Assembly: GCF_006345805.1 (NCBI RefSeq)
Contig: NC_042998.1
Location: forward strand, 139,004,001 to 139,068,000
Length of the DNA: 64,000 bases
Source of the DNA: Octopus sinensis
Taxonomy: Eukaryota
Direction of reading: 5' to 3'
This document shows positions 37,575 to 51,075 of the stretch, one piece after another (position 1 is the stretch's first letter; every line of letters begins with the position of its first letter). The translations under genes were made by a program, and so were the position numbers. The notes beneath the pieces are model-generated. The model saw only the letters and a list, made by a program, of their open reading frames with translations, was not told the origin of the DNA and made no database searches.

Positions 37575-38099
37575 TATTTTCTAGTAAGGGATTTTTTCTA
37601 TTCCAGAAGTCTTTGAAAACACAGAGTGACTGGTAATATTGTCAATAAGTAAAAAATGTCATCACCACTGTTCTGCTCAGCTGGTGGAAAGTGTGGAATG
37701 TCATATATACATACATACATGAATGATCAGCTTCCTGCAGTTTCTGTCATCAGATTCCCTCACCAGATATTAGTCAGCCTGAGGTTATAAACAGAAGATG
37801 CCCAAGGTGCTACACTGAAACCACATGGTCAAGAGGTTCACTTCTTAACCACAAATCATGTCTGTATTTAAGGGCAAATTTTAACCTGAAGTTCTGCAGT
37901 AGCTGTTTAGTAATGGTAAACTCTGTGCAAAGATGTTACATAGAACCTGCTGATTAGTATTTTAGTCCTTAGTGAATATGCTTTCATTGCGGGCATATTG
38001 ACTTCATACTGTAAGTCAGCAGGGGAGCTTTCTCCTTAGTCTTTAAAAAGGGGATCATGTATTTAAACTCTGTAGTTATTAATCTTTAAGTAATCTTTG

Positions 38100-38672
38100 A
38101 AGCATGATCTTTGAATGTTGGGCCTCACAGAGGCAATGACTAGTGATAGAGACCTTTGGGGATATGCTGCACTTGAGAAGACTATAAACAGAAGATGCCC
38201 GAGGTGCTACACTGAAACCACATGGTCATGAAATCGTAGTCATGGCCGTTGCTGATGTCATATAAACGGCACCTGTGAAATTGTAATCGTGGCTATTGGC
38301 AGTAGCATGATCTTTGAGCATTAAGCCTCATGGAAGCAAGGGACGAGATGGTGAAGCATGATCTTTTAATGTTGGGCCTCACAGAGGCGATAACAAGTGA
38401 CTAAGACCATAGCAATATGTTGTGCTTGAGAAAACTTGCCAAGTGAAATTATAGAAATGGCTATTGCCAGTGTCATGTAAATGGCACCTATGAAATCATA
38501 ATGATGGCTGTTACACTCTCAGAGTGGTTGGCATTAGGAAGGGTATCCAGCCATAGAGATCATGCCAAATCAGACTGGAACTTGGTGCAGCTCTCTGATT
38601 TACTACTTCCAATCAAACCATCTAACCCATGCCAACATGGAAAGTGGATGCTAAATGATGATGATAATGATG
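38100..38672 (+). mobile_element. Rearranged RTE 3' end/tail copy
   Basis: agcatgatcttt.aatgttgggcctcacagagg occurs about 3 times, then the shared tail and (GAT)n. Confidence 0.75.
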
Positions 38673-38910
38673 AATCTCTGATAACATTGTTCCAGCCATG
38701 ACCATCCTGTCATATATGTAGGACTACATTGTCTAATGTATCCTCCTTTTTATAAGTTGGTTGGTGTGATTTTAGGGAAATATAGCTATTTCTACCACAA
38801 AGAGTTTAATAATTGAACTTTGATCAAGCAGAACTATGTTCAAAGGCATTCCAGTTGGAACCATACTATCCGTTTTAGGGATATGTAGGGATATCTACTG
38901 TCCCCCTTAT

Positions 38911-39137
38911 TTAATCCTTTAACATTTAAACAAGTCATATCCATCCAAAATATTCTTCCCATTTTATGTTCAAACCAGCCAGATATGGTCTCTCACACCT
39001 ATCCTGCAATGTCATTCTACATATAAACAATATCATCATCAAAATCTCAAAGCTATGAGATAATGTAGATTAAATCAAAATAAGATGAATAAATAAGCTT
39101 TATATTTGACTGAGTAATCTGAACTCTAAAAGGTTAA
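38911..39137. mobile_element. piggyBac-type MITE, subfamily B (opposite orientation)
   Basis: TTAATCCTTTAAC ... CTCTAAAAGGTTAA; body is the reverse complement of the 17865 type. Confidence 0.7.
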
Positions 39138-42100
39138 AACTTTTTGGTGTGCTTTAGGGAGATTTGGCTGATATTTCAAGTAAGTCATGAGGCCACTTAA
39201 AGGCTTGCATGTTGGCTCTTGTTCAATTCTATTACAAGAATAGGCAAGCTGCTAGTTTCACTTTAATTTATAGTCAACTCTGTTTAATTGCAGAGCTTGA
39301 CTGATTGTAATTATATACAATTAACTGAATTCTCAAAGTTGGCAATAAATAACCAAATTTTAATATATTCCAAATGATAAAACATTATGACATTGATTGC
39401 AGAAAAACCTATTTTTGCAGTACATTTTTACGTACACATAAATTAATTGTGTTCTGCACCAGCCAAAATACTTTGTCAATTGTTGGACTTATTCCTTTTG
39501 ATGTTCTTCAGTTGTCTCAAGCTAAAACAGATTCATATTTCAACAGCATTTACCATGTTATTTTATTCTTTATTCTCTCACAAAAATAATGGTGTATACA
39601 TTATTTTATTCTGTTCCTCACTCATGTCAGTTTATATGTATATTTATTCATATGTGTATATTGATAGGCACAGGTATGGCTATGTAATTAAGAAGCTCAC
39701 TTTACTACCATGTGGTTTTGGTTTCAGTCCCACTGCACAGCACCTTGGCCAAGTGTTTTCTACGATAGCCCTGGGCTGTCCAATGCTTTGTGAATGAATT
39801 TGGTAGATGGAAGCTGTATAGGATCCATCTTTCATGGGTTTGTGTTTGGGCCCCACCTCCCTGTTTGACAACTGGCATGGTTTGTTTAATCCCAGTAACA
39901 TAGATTTGACATAAGAGTCCAATAGAATAAATGCCAGACTTAAGTTAGTTCTGCAGCATGTTCGTAGTCCAATGACTGAAGCAAGTAAAGATGTAGAAGC
40001 ATCATAACTGTTTAGCTTATCCTGTTTTTTTTGCTTTGTTTTTTAATTTGTTTTGATATTTTTCAATTACTTTGATTCATAAATTCTAACAATGGCTTTT
40101 ATACACTAAATTAATCAATGATGAATTACAATCATAAGGATAAATTTACTGGGTCAATCACAGGCTAATTTCAGTTGATAATGAAAGCAATAAGATAGCA
40201 TCCATTTAAACCTGTTTTTTTTTACAAATGTTTTCTACAATGAATATTTAATTAAGAGAGAAATTTATTACTCAAAAATAAAATAAAAATATACCAGGAT
40301 CTAAATTTTAGTAGTTATTAATTGAAATGGTAAGATTAATTTTGATACATTAATTTGAATTTTTTTTATCTAACATTATGTGTGTAAAAGTATTGGTTAT
40401 TTATCATTTAAATTCATCATAAAAACAGAAGATTCCAGAGGCATATCAAATCAAATTTTCAATTTTATTTATGTGTATCAGCATTATAATTGTTTGACAT
40501 GTCCCAAAATGTAGATTTGACCAGTTTCTTTTCTTTCATCATCATCATTTTACATCCACTTTTCCATGCTTGCATGGAGCAGATGGAATTTGTTGCAACA
40601 GATTTTCTAGAGCTAGATGCCCTTCCTGTTGCCAACCCTCACCTGTTTCCAATCAAGATGATGTTTTTCATGGAAGACTGGAAACTTGTATGATGATAAA
40701 GTTCATTTATAATCATCATGTAATGTCCAGATAAGGGTAAACACATATCATGTGTGTGTGTGTGAATAATAATAAAAACAATTTTTATATTAATCTGATA
40801 GATTACTTTATACCTTTGTTGATTACAAATTAATCACTCTTAAACAAGAATATTATTGACTGTGACTTCAGAATTTTGTGGAAGTACATGGTTTAGTGGT
40901 TAAGGTGTTGGACTCATGATTGTAGGATTGTGGTTTCAATTCCTGGACTTGGTGACACATTGTGTTCTTGAGCGAAACACTTCATTTCACATTACTCCAG
41001 TCCACTTAGCTGGTAAAAATGGATAAGCCTGCACTGGGCCAGTGTCCCATCCAGGTAGGGAATTTATAAACCATGGAAACCAGCCCTTATGTATTAGCAT
41101 GACTCAAGAAGGTAACTTTAACTTTTTACTTTACTTCAGAGTTTTGGCCGAAACTTCAAAGTCACTGTCAACAACTATAACAATAATAATTATATATATA
41201 TATATTTATATGACTTCTTCTTTCACTTTCTGCTTATCAAATCAACTCACAAGGCTTTGGCTAGGATCTGTAATAAAAGACAGCTGCCCTACAACTAATT
41301 GAAACTTATTTTATTTACATATGCGATTAACTGGTCAGTTCTATGTAGACTTGGTACTAAATGGCTCAATGTTTAAAAAGTTACCCAGTTAATCACATTT
41401 TTGCGATTATGAGGAATCAACTATACTTTGGTTTTTGATAGTCATAGTAAACAATAGCCAAAATGTTAAAATATAAAATTGTTAAAGTTTGATGCTTCTA
41501 GCCTCAACTTCCCAAATGTACATTGATAGCGTCCTTTTTTTTCTTTATATCCTTGAGCCCTAGGACTCATAAGTCCAATTGTCTAGTTTTGATGCTGTAT
41601 AAGTATAATCACAACATTCCTCTGAACAGGATGCCGGATCTGTTGTAAGGTTTGGGGCAAGATGTCAAGTCATTACTTGACTCATATTTCATTTTATCAA
41701 TTCCAGTACTTGACTGACTGACTGGTATGTTATTTTCATTGAACCCAGTACTTGATTGGTACTTTATTTTATTTACCCTGAAGAGATGAACTCGGCACAT
41801 AAAAACTAGGAAGAAGTGCCGCTAAGCATTTTGTTCAACTGGTTAATGATTCTGCCGGCTCCCCACCTCATGGAAGCTTTGGGAAAATATTTAACAGTAG
41901 ATATTAGAAAGAAAGGTGGATGTGATTTTCATTTTTTTTTTCTTATACTCGTTTCAGTCATTTGGCTGTGACCATGCTGGAGCATTACCTTGAAGGGTTT
42001 TAGTCAAGCGAATCAGCCTCAGAACTTATCTCTTAAGCCTAGTACTTATTCTGTCGGAGTCTTTTGCTGAACCACTAAGTTACAGGGACATAAACACTGG

Positions 42101-42168
42101 TTGTCAAGTGGTGATGAGGGAGAGACAATCACAGACACAAAGACACATACACATAGATGTACATATTT

Positions 42169-42236
<68 letters not shown>

Positions 42237-42936
42237 ATGACGGGGTTCTTTCAGTTTCTGTCTACCAAATCCACTCACAAAGTCTTGGTAAGCCTGGGGC
42301 TATAACAGAAGACACTTGCCCAAAGTGTCACACAGTGGGACTGAACCCAGAACCATGTGGTTGGGAAGTAATCTTCTTACCATGCAGCCATGCCTGTGCT
42401 TATGTTATGTTTACAAAAAGAAAAAGAAAAATCATTTTACAGAATGAAGAAAGTAACTGCAATTTTTTTTTTTGCTTTTAAATTTGTCTTGCCTCATAAG
42501 GTGGTCATTGAATTTCTACTGATTAAAAAAGTGCACATAAATGGCATGTGACAGGATTTACTGATTGGGATATTAATTAGAAGGTAAATAATTACTGTTA
42601 TGGCTTTGAATTAACTTTCTAAAGATACGGATTAAAAATCTAGAAGGTGGAGCATTTTAGGCACTCAAATAACAAAACTGTTAGACCACCCACTACACTC
42701 ACGGAGTGGTTGGCGTTAGGAAGGGCATCCAGCTGTAGAAACATTGCCAAATTAGACTGGAGCCTGGTGCAGCCTTCTGGCTTCCCAGAACCCCGGTCGA
42801 ACCGTCCAACCCATGCTAGCATGGAGAACGGACGTTAAACGACGATGATGATGATGATGATGTATTAGAAAGCTTGAGTAAGTCTTACTAGTAGATTATT
42901 CTTTATAATGTGATTAACAGCTTTCAAGATGTTAGT

Positions 42937-43350
42937 GCAGGTATGGCTGTGTGGTTAAGAAGCTTACTTTGCACCCAAATGGTTTTGGATTCAATCCTAC
43001 TGCGTGATATCTTGGGCAAGTGTTTTCTACTGTGGGCCTGTATCAACTGATGTCTTTGTAAGTGAATTTGGTTGATGGAAACTGTGGAAGACCATTGCCG
43101 TCATCTGTGTGTGTGGTTTTCTGATTGAGTTTGTCCCCACCACTGCTTGCTTGACAACTGGTGTTGCTTTGTTTGTGTTTATTACCACCCCCTTCCCTGT
43201 AACTTAGCAGTTCAGCAATAAAAGACTAATAGAATAAGTACCAGATTTAAAAAATAAGTACTGAGGTCCATTTTTTGACTAAATCCTTCAAGGTGTTGCC
43301 TCCATAGAGCCACAGTCCAATAATTAGAAAAAGTAAAAGATAAAAGATAT
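42937..43350 (+). mobile_element. tRNA-derived CORE-like SINE (representative copy)
   Basis: gcaggtatggctgtgtggttaagaagctt head, cttgggcaagtg core, (GT)n and gactgaaacaagtaaaaga-type tail. Copies at ~2985, 17062, 33500, 39668, 46630, 54731 (+) and 4375, 16320, 24455, 30830, 35350, 37735, 42240, 47830, 51100 (-). Confidence 0.8.
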
Positions 43351-43787
43351 GAAGAGCAACAGCTAAGAGAAATGTAATGCAGGAAAGAAAAACACATAAA
43401 ACTGTTTCGATATCATTTTGGGTAGAAACCTTGATCTAAAGATTTTTTATTTAAGGTTACAGTCTTGTGTAAATGTAGATTACATTTTATATCAGCTTAT
43501 ATGTAAGTATGTATGGTGGTAAACTAATACTTCATTCTGATTTTAATGACTTTTATTACTGCTTAATTAAATTTCAGCAAATTCTTCATAATCTGCAATA
43601 ATTTTGAATTTTGTTGGAACTAATTTTGTTATGTTTAGTAAAATTCATAACTAATAAAGCTTATAAACATGCTCAAATGAAATATAGACAAACAACAACC
43701 AATAAGTGTGTTTATAGGCTTTATTAATTATAACTAATCACAGTGTAACAAATTAGTAAAATAATCCATGTTTTTCTTTTATTACAG

Positions 43788-43872
43788 AAAAAGCTAGTGA
43801 TGGCTCCCAGGCATCCGAAAACTGGACTCTATTCCTGGACGCCTGTGATATCATCAATGAAACAGATGAGGG
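43788..43872 (+). CDS. TOM1L2: Internal coding exon of a TOM1/TOM1L2-family gene (N-terminal part of the VHS domain)
   Basis: Acceptor tttttcttttattacag| and donor GG|gttagt bound an 85-nt exon (phase 1 in, phase 2 out) reading (E)[27 protein letters not shown](G). This matches the TOM1-family VHS motif EKATDGSLQSEDW.L.MEICDIINETEEG as I recall it, rather than HGS, STAM or GGA. TOM1 versus TOM1L2 cannot be resolved from one exon. Confidence 0.88.
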
Positions 43873-43894
43873 GTTAGTAGACTATTTCATATTA

Positions 43895-45125
43895 TATTGG
43901 GTCATCCCATAAACAATGCGGTATTTATATACTTCTTTTATAATCTAAAATATACTCTCCTTCATTTTCTACAATGCTCTTCCATTTAGCTGGTAGACTT
44001 GCAAGGCCCCTCTTCCAAAATTCACTTGTCCATGACAAAAAAAATATTCCTCCAGTACTGTTCTGACCTAGTCTAGAGAATTCATATTTTTTTCTGTCCA
44101 AATGATTTTGAAGACTGCAGAATAAATGATAATCAGATGGGGCAGTGTCCGGCAAATATAGTGGGTGGGGCATCATTTCCCATTCGAACTGCTCCAGCCT
44201 TTGGAATGTCATCCTCGTTGTATGTGGCCGAGCATAGTCCTAATGGCAGAACACCTTTCGTCTTGAAACCAAAGATGGTCGTTTTTCTTCTATTGCTGAC
44301 TGAAGTTGCTCAAGCTACTTGCAGTAGATTTCCTTTGTTATCGTTTGGGTTGAAAAATTCAAAGTGGACTAAACCTTTCATATCCCACCAAACAGATAAC
44401 AATAACTGACATTGGTGAAAACCTTCTTTAGCCTGGGGTGCCAGTGCTTTTTTCTTTCCCTACCCACTGTCTTTGGCACTTGACCTTTTTATAGAGAACC
44501 TATTTCTTGTCACCAGTCACTATTTGGTCCCAAAATGTTCATTCATGAGATGTGACCGCAAAGAAGAGCACACTTTCACTCTCTGCATGTGATTAGACTC
44601 AGAAAGTTTGTGAGGAACCCATTGACCCAATTTACTGACTTTTCCCAGAGCATGCAGGTGTCAATAAATGGTTAAATGATCAAATCCAAGCTTCTGTGTT
44701 AGTTCCTCAACAGTTACGATGGGATTTTGTTCCAACAGGGTTTGCAGGACGTCAAGCTCTACAGACCTTCCAGGACAAGGCTCATCTTCTAGGCTGTACT
44801 TTCCGGCTCGAAATTTCTGGAACCATTGTTGACACTGGCTTACACTAATTGTCCAGTCCCCATATACTACGTTGATATTCCTCGCACTTTCCATTGCATT
44901 GCTGCAAAATATGCCAAATATGCTCCTTGTCACTTCCATTATAACTTTGAAAAAATAACTGTTTAAATCGAACTGCACTCTTCAAAACTTGCAGTAAGAA
45001 TAAGTACAAGGTAAAATTACAACCTGCTTTTATACCAAGTTGATGCACGTAGTTTATCCCATCCCCCTCCAACTTTTAGTTCATGCAATTGCAAAAAACT
45101 GCATTATTTATGGGATGACCCAATA
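43895..45125 (-). mobile_element. Near full-length decayed mariner transposon (1231 bp including terminal TA)
   Basis: TIRs TATTGGGTCATCCCATAAACAATGCGG and the reverse complement of CTGCATTATTTATGGGATGACCCAATA; TA flanks. Frameshifted transposase pieces include WFQKFRAGKYSLEDEPCPGRS, NWVPHKLSE, VTGDKK, VWWDMKG, HPLYLPDTAPSDYHLF and WKSIVENEGEY. Confidence 0.92.
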
Positions 45126-45428
45126 TATACATAATTATCCACTTCACAGCTGCGATCTTTAGGTTAATATATCTCCACATCTCCTCACATAATTTCTTTG
45201 CTTTTATTTTCATTATGTTGTTATGGTTGTTTAGTAGGCCCTAATCTGTTATCAGATCATTGAAGACGTGCATCTCCTGGGTGGCATATGGGAATACCTT
45301 GGAAATAAAGGCTGCTTCAAATAAACTGAATAAAAAACAGTGAATCAAAGACAGTTTTTGCCAATATTCTGTTGGCTAGTAAAAACAGTTATGCCCAAAC
45401 TGCTCAAATGATTCCTTAGCCAAAAATT

Positions 45429-45649
45429 TTAACTCTTTAGTATTTAAACCAGCCATATCCAGCCAAAATATTCTACCTGTTTTTGTTTAAAATGGCCAGA
45501 TCTGGTTTCTCACACCTACCCTACAATTTCATTCTAAAAAAAATTAGCAGTTATCTCAGCAAAATCTCAAAGCAACAATATAATGCTTGATTAATTCAAA
45601 ACAATGAGAATAAATAGGCATTACATTTGTCAGAATGCTAAAGGGTTAA
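45429..45649. mobile_element. piggyBac-type MITE, subfamily B (opposite orientation)
   Basis: TTAACTCTTTAG ... GCTAAAGGGTTAA. Confidence 0.7.
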
Positions 45650-47044
45650 TGGCCATTCCTGTTGAATTAGTGGAATTTAACCAAGATCCAACTGCAATCA
45701 ATAAAATTGAGGCAGCTACACAACAGGTCACCAACCAACTGTAGACATCAATAACTACAAGTATGCAAGAATGGAAAACTATTATGAAAATTGAGGGACA
45801 TCAGGTATCTGGTGAATGTTATGGAGAGAGATAAGGAGAAGGTAATGATTGATTTAATTGATGAATGAATCTTGTAAACAAATCTAATCAAACATTAAAT
45901 TAAACATACCAAATATATAAATTTTAACACATGTATTATTTCAATAATTTAGTTTATTAACACTGGGAAATAAAATGTGATGTCAACATTGGTTGAGTCA
46001 GATAAAATTTAGCTGGGATTTTATTTTTTTGTTGTGGCACATATCTTAATATAAATTTAATCTCTATCTTATCTAAACTAATTTAGTTTTATAGTAATTT
46101 TGCTATGGTTTCTTATGGGCCGGCCCATCACTTTATGGCTTGAGAACCCAATTGTTTCCCCTCCCTCTTGTAGCTTCCTTAATGTTTTAGTTGTTGTTCA
46201 GCCCCAGACCAGCCCTAATTGAGCACACCTCTAATCAAAAGTGTCAGAAAAGGGTGAAACATGATATATGTAGAATTGCATCATCTTATGTTCTCATTCT
46301 TTTTTAAGGTGATCAGGAAGTGATTTGTAAGAGATTTCTAATAGTTTGAGCAACAAAATAGAAGCTCCTTCATTGGCTCATCCTATTTTAGTATTTTCCC
46401 ATGATACTTCCTGTTCAAAATCATATACCATGCTCTGACTAACACCTACAGATGTCTTCCATTTCAGTTCATGCAGTGTAGGTTTTCATCATCATCATCT
46501 ATTTTATCTATATTCTTTGTCATGACACCTTTCCTTTCATTGAACCAATGAACCTGCATCATGTTAATTCTACATGTGTAGCCTAAGTAGAGCTTAAGGA
46601 TAATGTTACATGACCTGTCACTACTCTGAGTTTGGTTGTGTGGTTAAGGAGTAGTTTTGGGTTTAGTCTCACTGTACATCACCTTAGACAAATATCTTAC
46701 ACTATAGCCCTAGACTAACCAGAGCCTTATGAATGGATTTGGTAAACAGAAACTGAAAGAAACCCATTGTGTGTGTGTGTCCATGTCCTTATCTTGATAT
46801 CATGTGATTGTTGTAAATGAATGTGATTCATTTCCAATATTCTGCAAACACATGTGTTGCATCACTACAATACAAAATACAAGACATTCTCTGTAACAGT
46901 TAAACTATTTCAGAGTAACTGTTGTCGCAAATAGTTCACTTAGACTGTGCGATTAAGTACCAGGACACAGCAGTATGAGGTATAAATAGGAATGAAAGAG
47001 ATAAAAATATACTGTACTACTATGATAATCAGACTAGATATAGT

Positions 47045-47274
47045 TTAACCATTTTGTTACCATATTTCTGTTGAGATGTTCTGTGTTTCTTTCAATTAAT
47101 TTTAAATATAACAAAGAATCTAGTAAAATAACTTAGTTATCATTCAGCTAGTGTTAGAAACATAAATTGTGACTAAGGTTTTGTGGAAGATTTTAATTCA
47201 GAAATTTTGGAAATAAGACATTTGTGATACAGAGCTAGAGACGATTTCAATCAGGTTGGTATCAAAAGGGTTAA
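47045..47274. mobile_element. piggyBac-type MITE, subfamily A
   Basis: TTAACCATTTTGTTACC ... GGTATCAAAAGGGTTAA. Confidence 0.75.
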
Positions 47275-49407
47275 AGATGTACTAGATAAGCAATTCAAGT
47301 ATTACCTGTTCATAGTTCAGTTAATGAAGTTAAATGGGCCATAGATAAGGCTATGTAGTTATGTCCTTTTATTTATATAATCTTAATTTATTTACCTTAA
47401 TGTAACAAGTTATTCACTATTCATTCACATAAGATCTCTTTTGATAAAATCAGCCTTTTTGAAAGAAAATCAAGAATAAAAATAAACCTGGTAATAATAG
47501 TAGGATCAGTAGTTGTAGTATTTGTGCTAAAATAATTGTGATATATTAGTCTATTTACTTCACTGAGGGAAAACTGTGTATGAATTGCATTTACAAAATG
47601 TTATGTACAAGACTTAATTTTGAAACACATTTGTGGTTGTGGACTTCTGTTCAATGATGAGAATTCAGTTGAATTACCTGCTCCTAAATTAAAGTGTAAG
47701 CAACTGAGCTTTCTACAGATATATGTTCCCTTACTGTAATTCTCAAGTAGAACCAGTATGACTCAGTGTGTGACAAGGCTGTACCTTTTCAATTACAGGT
47801 ACAGCCTAACTGATAGGCTTATATATATAAATTTCATCTGCCAAATTTCATTCACAAAGTATAAGCTGATTCAAGGCTTTGGAAAATGACATTTGCCCAA
47901 GATGTTAGAGAGTGGGATTGAACTCGAGACCCTGTGGTTGCAAAGCGCACTAAATCACAAAGGACTTTAGGCTGTGGAATTTGTAGTATTAAACTCCATT
48001 TGATTGGATCTTATTACCTGCAACTTCCCTTTGGTGATGTGGTTCCCATTTCTTTTAGTTTAAATAAAGTGAAACATAAAATTGTCTTTGCCAGTAGACT
48101 AAACAAAATATCTACTGTAATTAATAAACTCATGAATCATGGATTAAGAGATCCATGAAATCTGGCCTTTAAACCTTTTTCTATAAAATCGACCGAGTTG
48201 TATTTATGTGTGTGTGTATGCATCTTATATAATTTTGTATGAAGTTAAATACTGGAAGATTGTTGTGAGATAATATAGCAGCTACACATCAACTGACAAC
48301 ATAAATGATTACCAAAACAGAAGCCTAAGATGATTTGAAATGAGGTTGTTATAATTGGTTGTTACTATTATCATAACTAACAGTATCTGTAGAACTTCCA
48401 CAGCCCATTTCATGGTATAGAATCAGCCATAAGCACCTCCCCACTCAAATAATATCCTGTCATTTCTTTCATAATCCTTTGATTAATTTCTAGGAAATCT
48501 TGTCTTTTCTCTTCAGTTATACTTTCTCTTCTTGCTTGTTTTCTTGTTCAGGCTTGTGCAAAGTATTCTTGTCTATCGTTCATTGTTCATATTTTGCCTT
48601 CTTTCTTGATTAGCATTTCTCATTTTTTTCCCTCTTTAGCTTCATTGTTCATCATATGATAAACCCCCCCCCACACACACACACAATTCACCCATCTGAA
48701 TGCTGATGGCATGCATGCATACCTCCCACTCACACATACAGCTGATTATCATCTGTTTGTGTGCTTGTGCCAATGGTGTGCATTTGAATCTCCCTCTATC
48801 ATGCACACATACACTTTTACCATTCTCCTTCCACATGACACATTTTTTACATCACAGGAATTCGTCATTAGTACATTAATATAATAGATTGTCATCATCA
48901 TGAGTGTCATACAGCTGTCATAGACACATCTTTAAAAAAAATTAACTTCATTAGCCCTTGCAACAGCATTCTTTCCTTATGCAGCTTGAAGGATTTAGTT
49001 TTGAAGGATTTACCATGAAAAATATCACAAAGTGACATTAATTTATAAGCCCAAAAGTCTCATTTAGATAACAAAAATTTGACATAGATTTGAATTTTGT
49101 TTATTCTTTGTGACACCAGCATTTTCAAGTCCCATGACTTTTGCCTTCTCTATACTTGTTATAAGTATCTTCCATCAGCTATCTGCTCTTTTTTTTCGTA
49201 TCTCGTCATTCATTCATATTATATGACCATGCTACTTAATGTTTTTAATGCCCAAGTTTGTGTCCAGTTTTTGTTGTAAGTTAACATTCTTTGTCGAACT
49301 ATATTCAATTTATTCTTCTTCAAAAACCATAGAGCTTCTTCCTTCATTCATTAGTCAAGCTATTTCATGCAATGCAGATATTAAGTTTCTGCCCTTCCTT
49401 ATATAAC

Positions 49408-49504
<97 letters not shown>

Positions 49505-50834
49505 AGTAGATGCATATTTATCTATATTCTCCTTGTTCCAGAAATTCCAGCAGATATTTGTGACATAGTATTGTTCATATCACATGAGAAAATTAGATAA
49601 ATACTTTTGGAAAAATGTATTGCTTTTTATTCCAAAGTGAATAAAAATATAAATAGTACCATGTAAAATATTTGGATGGAAAAATCTTGAAAACTGCCTG
49701 TGAGACTTGAACTCACCTCTTCTATAAACATTACAAATATGCTGACTATTCTACAAATAAGTTTTTTTTTCTTTCTAAGACTGTAAAAAGACAGCTTCCA
49801 ACAATGCAGAAAGTTTAATAAAATTTTTATATTTTGGGCTCCAAGGCCCATCTTTCATAAACACTAGAGAGTTTGAATGGATTAACTGGACCTACATAAC
49901 TGAACTTTTCTTTTCTTCTGAAGATGGGACTTTGAGCACACAATACAAAGATTTTATTAAACTTTCTGCATTGTTAGAAGCTGTCTATTTTCTCTTTTTT
50001 TACATTCTTCAATATTACAATGCTTCAAGCAAACTACAACACTCTTATTTTTTTCTTAAATTTGTGCACACATGCACATACATCACACATAATTATCAAC
50101 ATAATTGTTTCATTAAATGTTTCTACTTGGAATGTTTAGTGATAATACTTTAGACAGAAAAAATTTTAAACTAGCATCATTTTCTTTCAGCAAAAAGTTT
50201 TCTTTTCCCTTCTTTACTATTTTTGTATGTATTTATTTTCTACTTCATGAAGTAACAGCCTAGATTAATTCAGCTGGTATCTTATCATAATAAATCTTTT
50301 AAGCTTGGATTAATTTGTACTTAGTGGACTAAGTGATATGCTGCAATTATTTTGATGTATTTTTTTTACATTCGAGTATGTTTATATGCAAGAACAAGAT
50401 TGAAAAATAAAGCACAAAAAACAACTACGTTCATTCTCATTTTATTAGGCTTTTAGTTAAGTTATACTTAGATTACATCATATATATACCATAAAAATAT
50501 AACTGCCACACTGCTAGATGAAAGATGTTTGTTTTGTTTTTTGTTGTTTACTTTTTTGTTCACCTTAGTAGTGAACAGATTAACAGAGTAGCTATACTAA
50601 GTTATTTTGTATTTTCATCTCACTAATAAGCTTTCAGTGAAGGATTGAAATTAGTTTGTTAACCCTGTTAACTGAAAATGGTTGGCCTTGAACAGCAGTA
50701 CTGGCAAAATATGATAAATAATAACAAACCTGTATCTGATTATTTTGGTTGAATAATCCAGAGCACAAGGTCATTGAACAAGGTACTGGACAACTAGCTA
50801 AGAGTTTAGCAATTTATCCTATCACTGGTATTGT

Positions 50835-51075
50835 ATTATGTCCCTGGCCAGTACTGCATGGGCACACTGGATTGTTGCCTAGGGACTTTACAGGTCTAGG
50901 GGCCCAATTCTGATCTATGTACGCTGTGGCTTGTTGTCAATAAATAGATACTATAGGACCCAGTGCAGTGATTTGCCTCGGGTTTCAAGGGTCTGGGGGA
51001 CTAATTCTGATCTATGTATGCTGTAACTTGTCTTAAAATAAATACCATCGGGCTCAGTGTATTGATTTGCCTAGG
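50835..51075. repeat. ~97-bp tandem repeat, ~2.5 diverged copies
   Basis: aattctgatctatgta at 50906 and 51003; g/c-attt/gttgcct motif three times. Confidence 0.75.

Noticed and set aside
45649-45830. Short frame MAIPVELVEFNQDPTAINKIEAATQQVTNQL*
   Set aside because: No splice signals or family match; not the expected next TOM1 exon.
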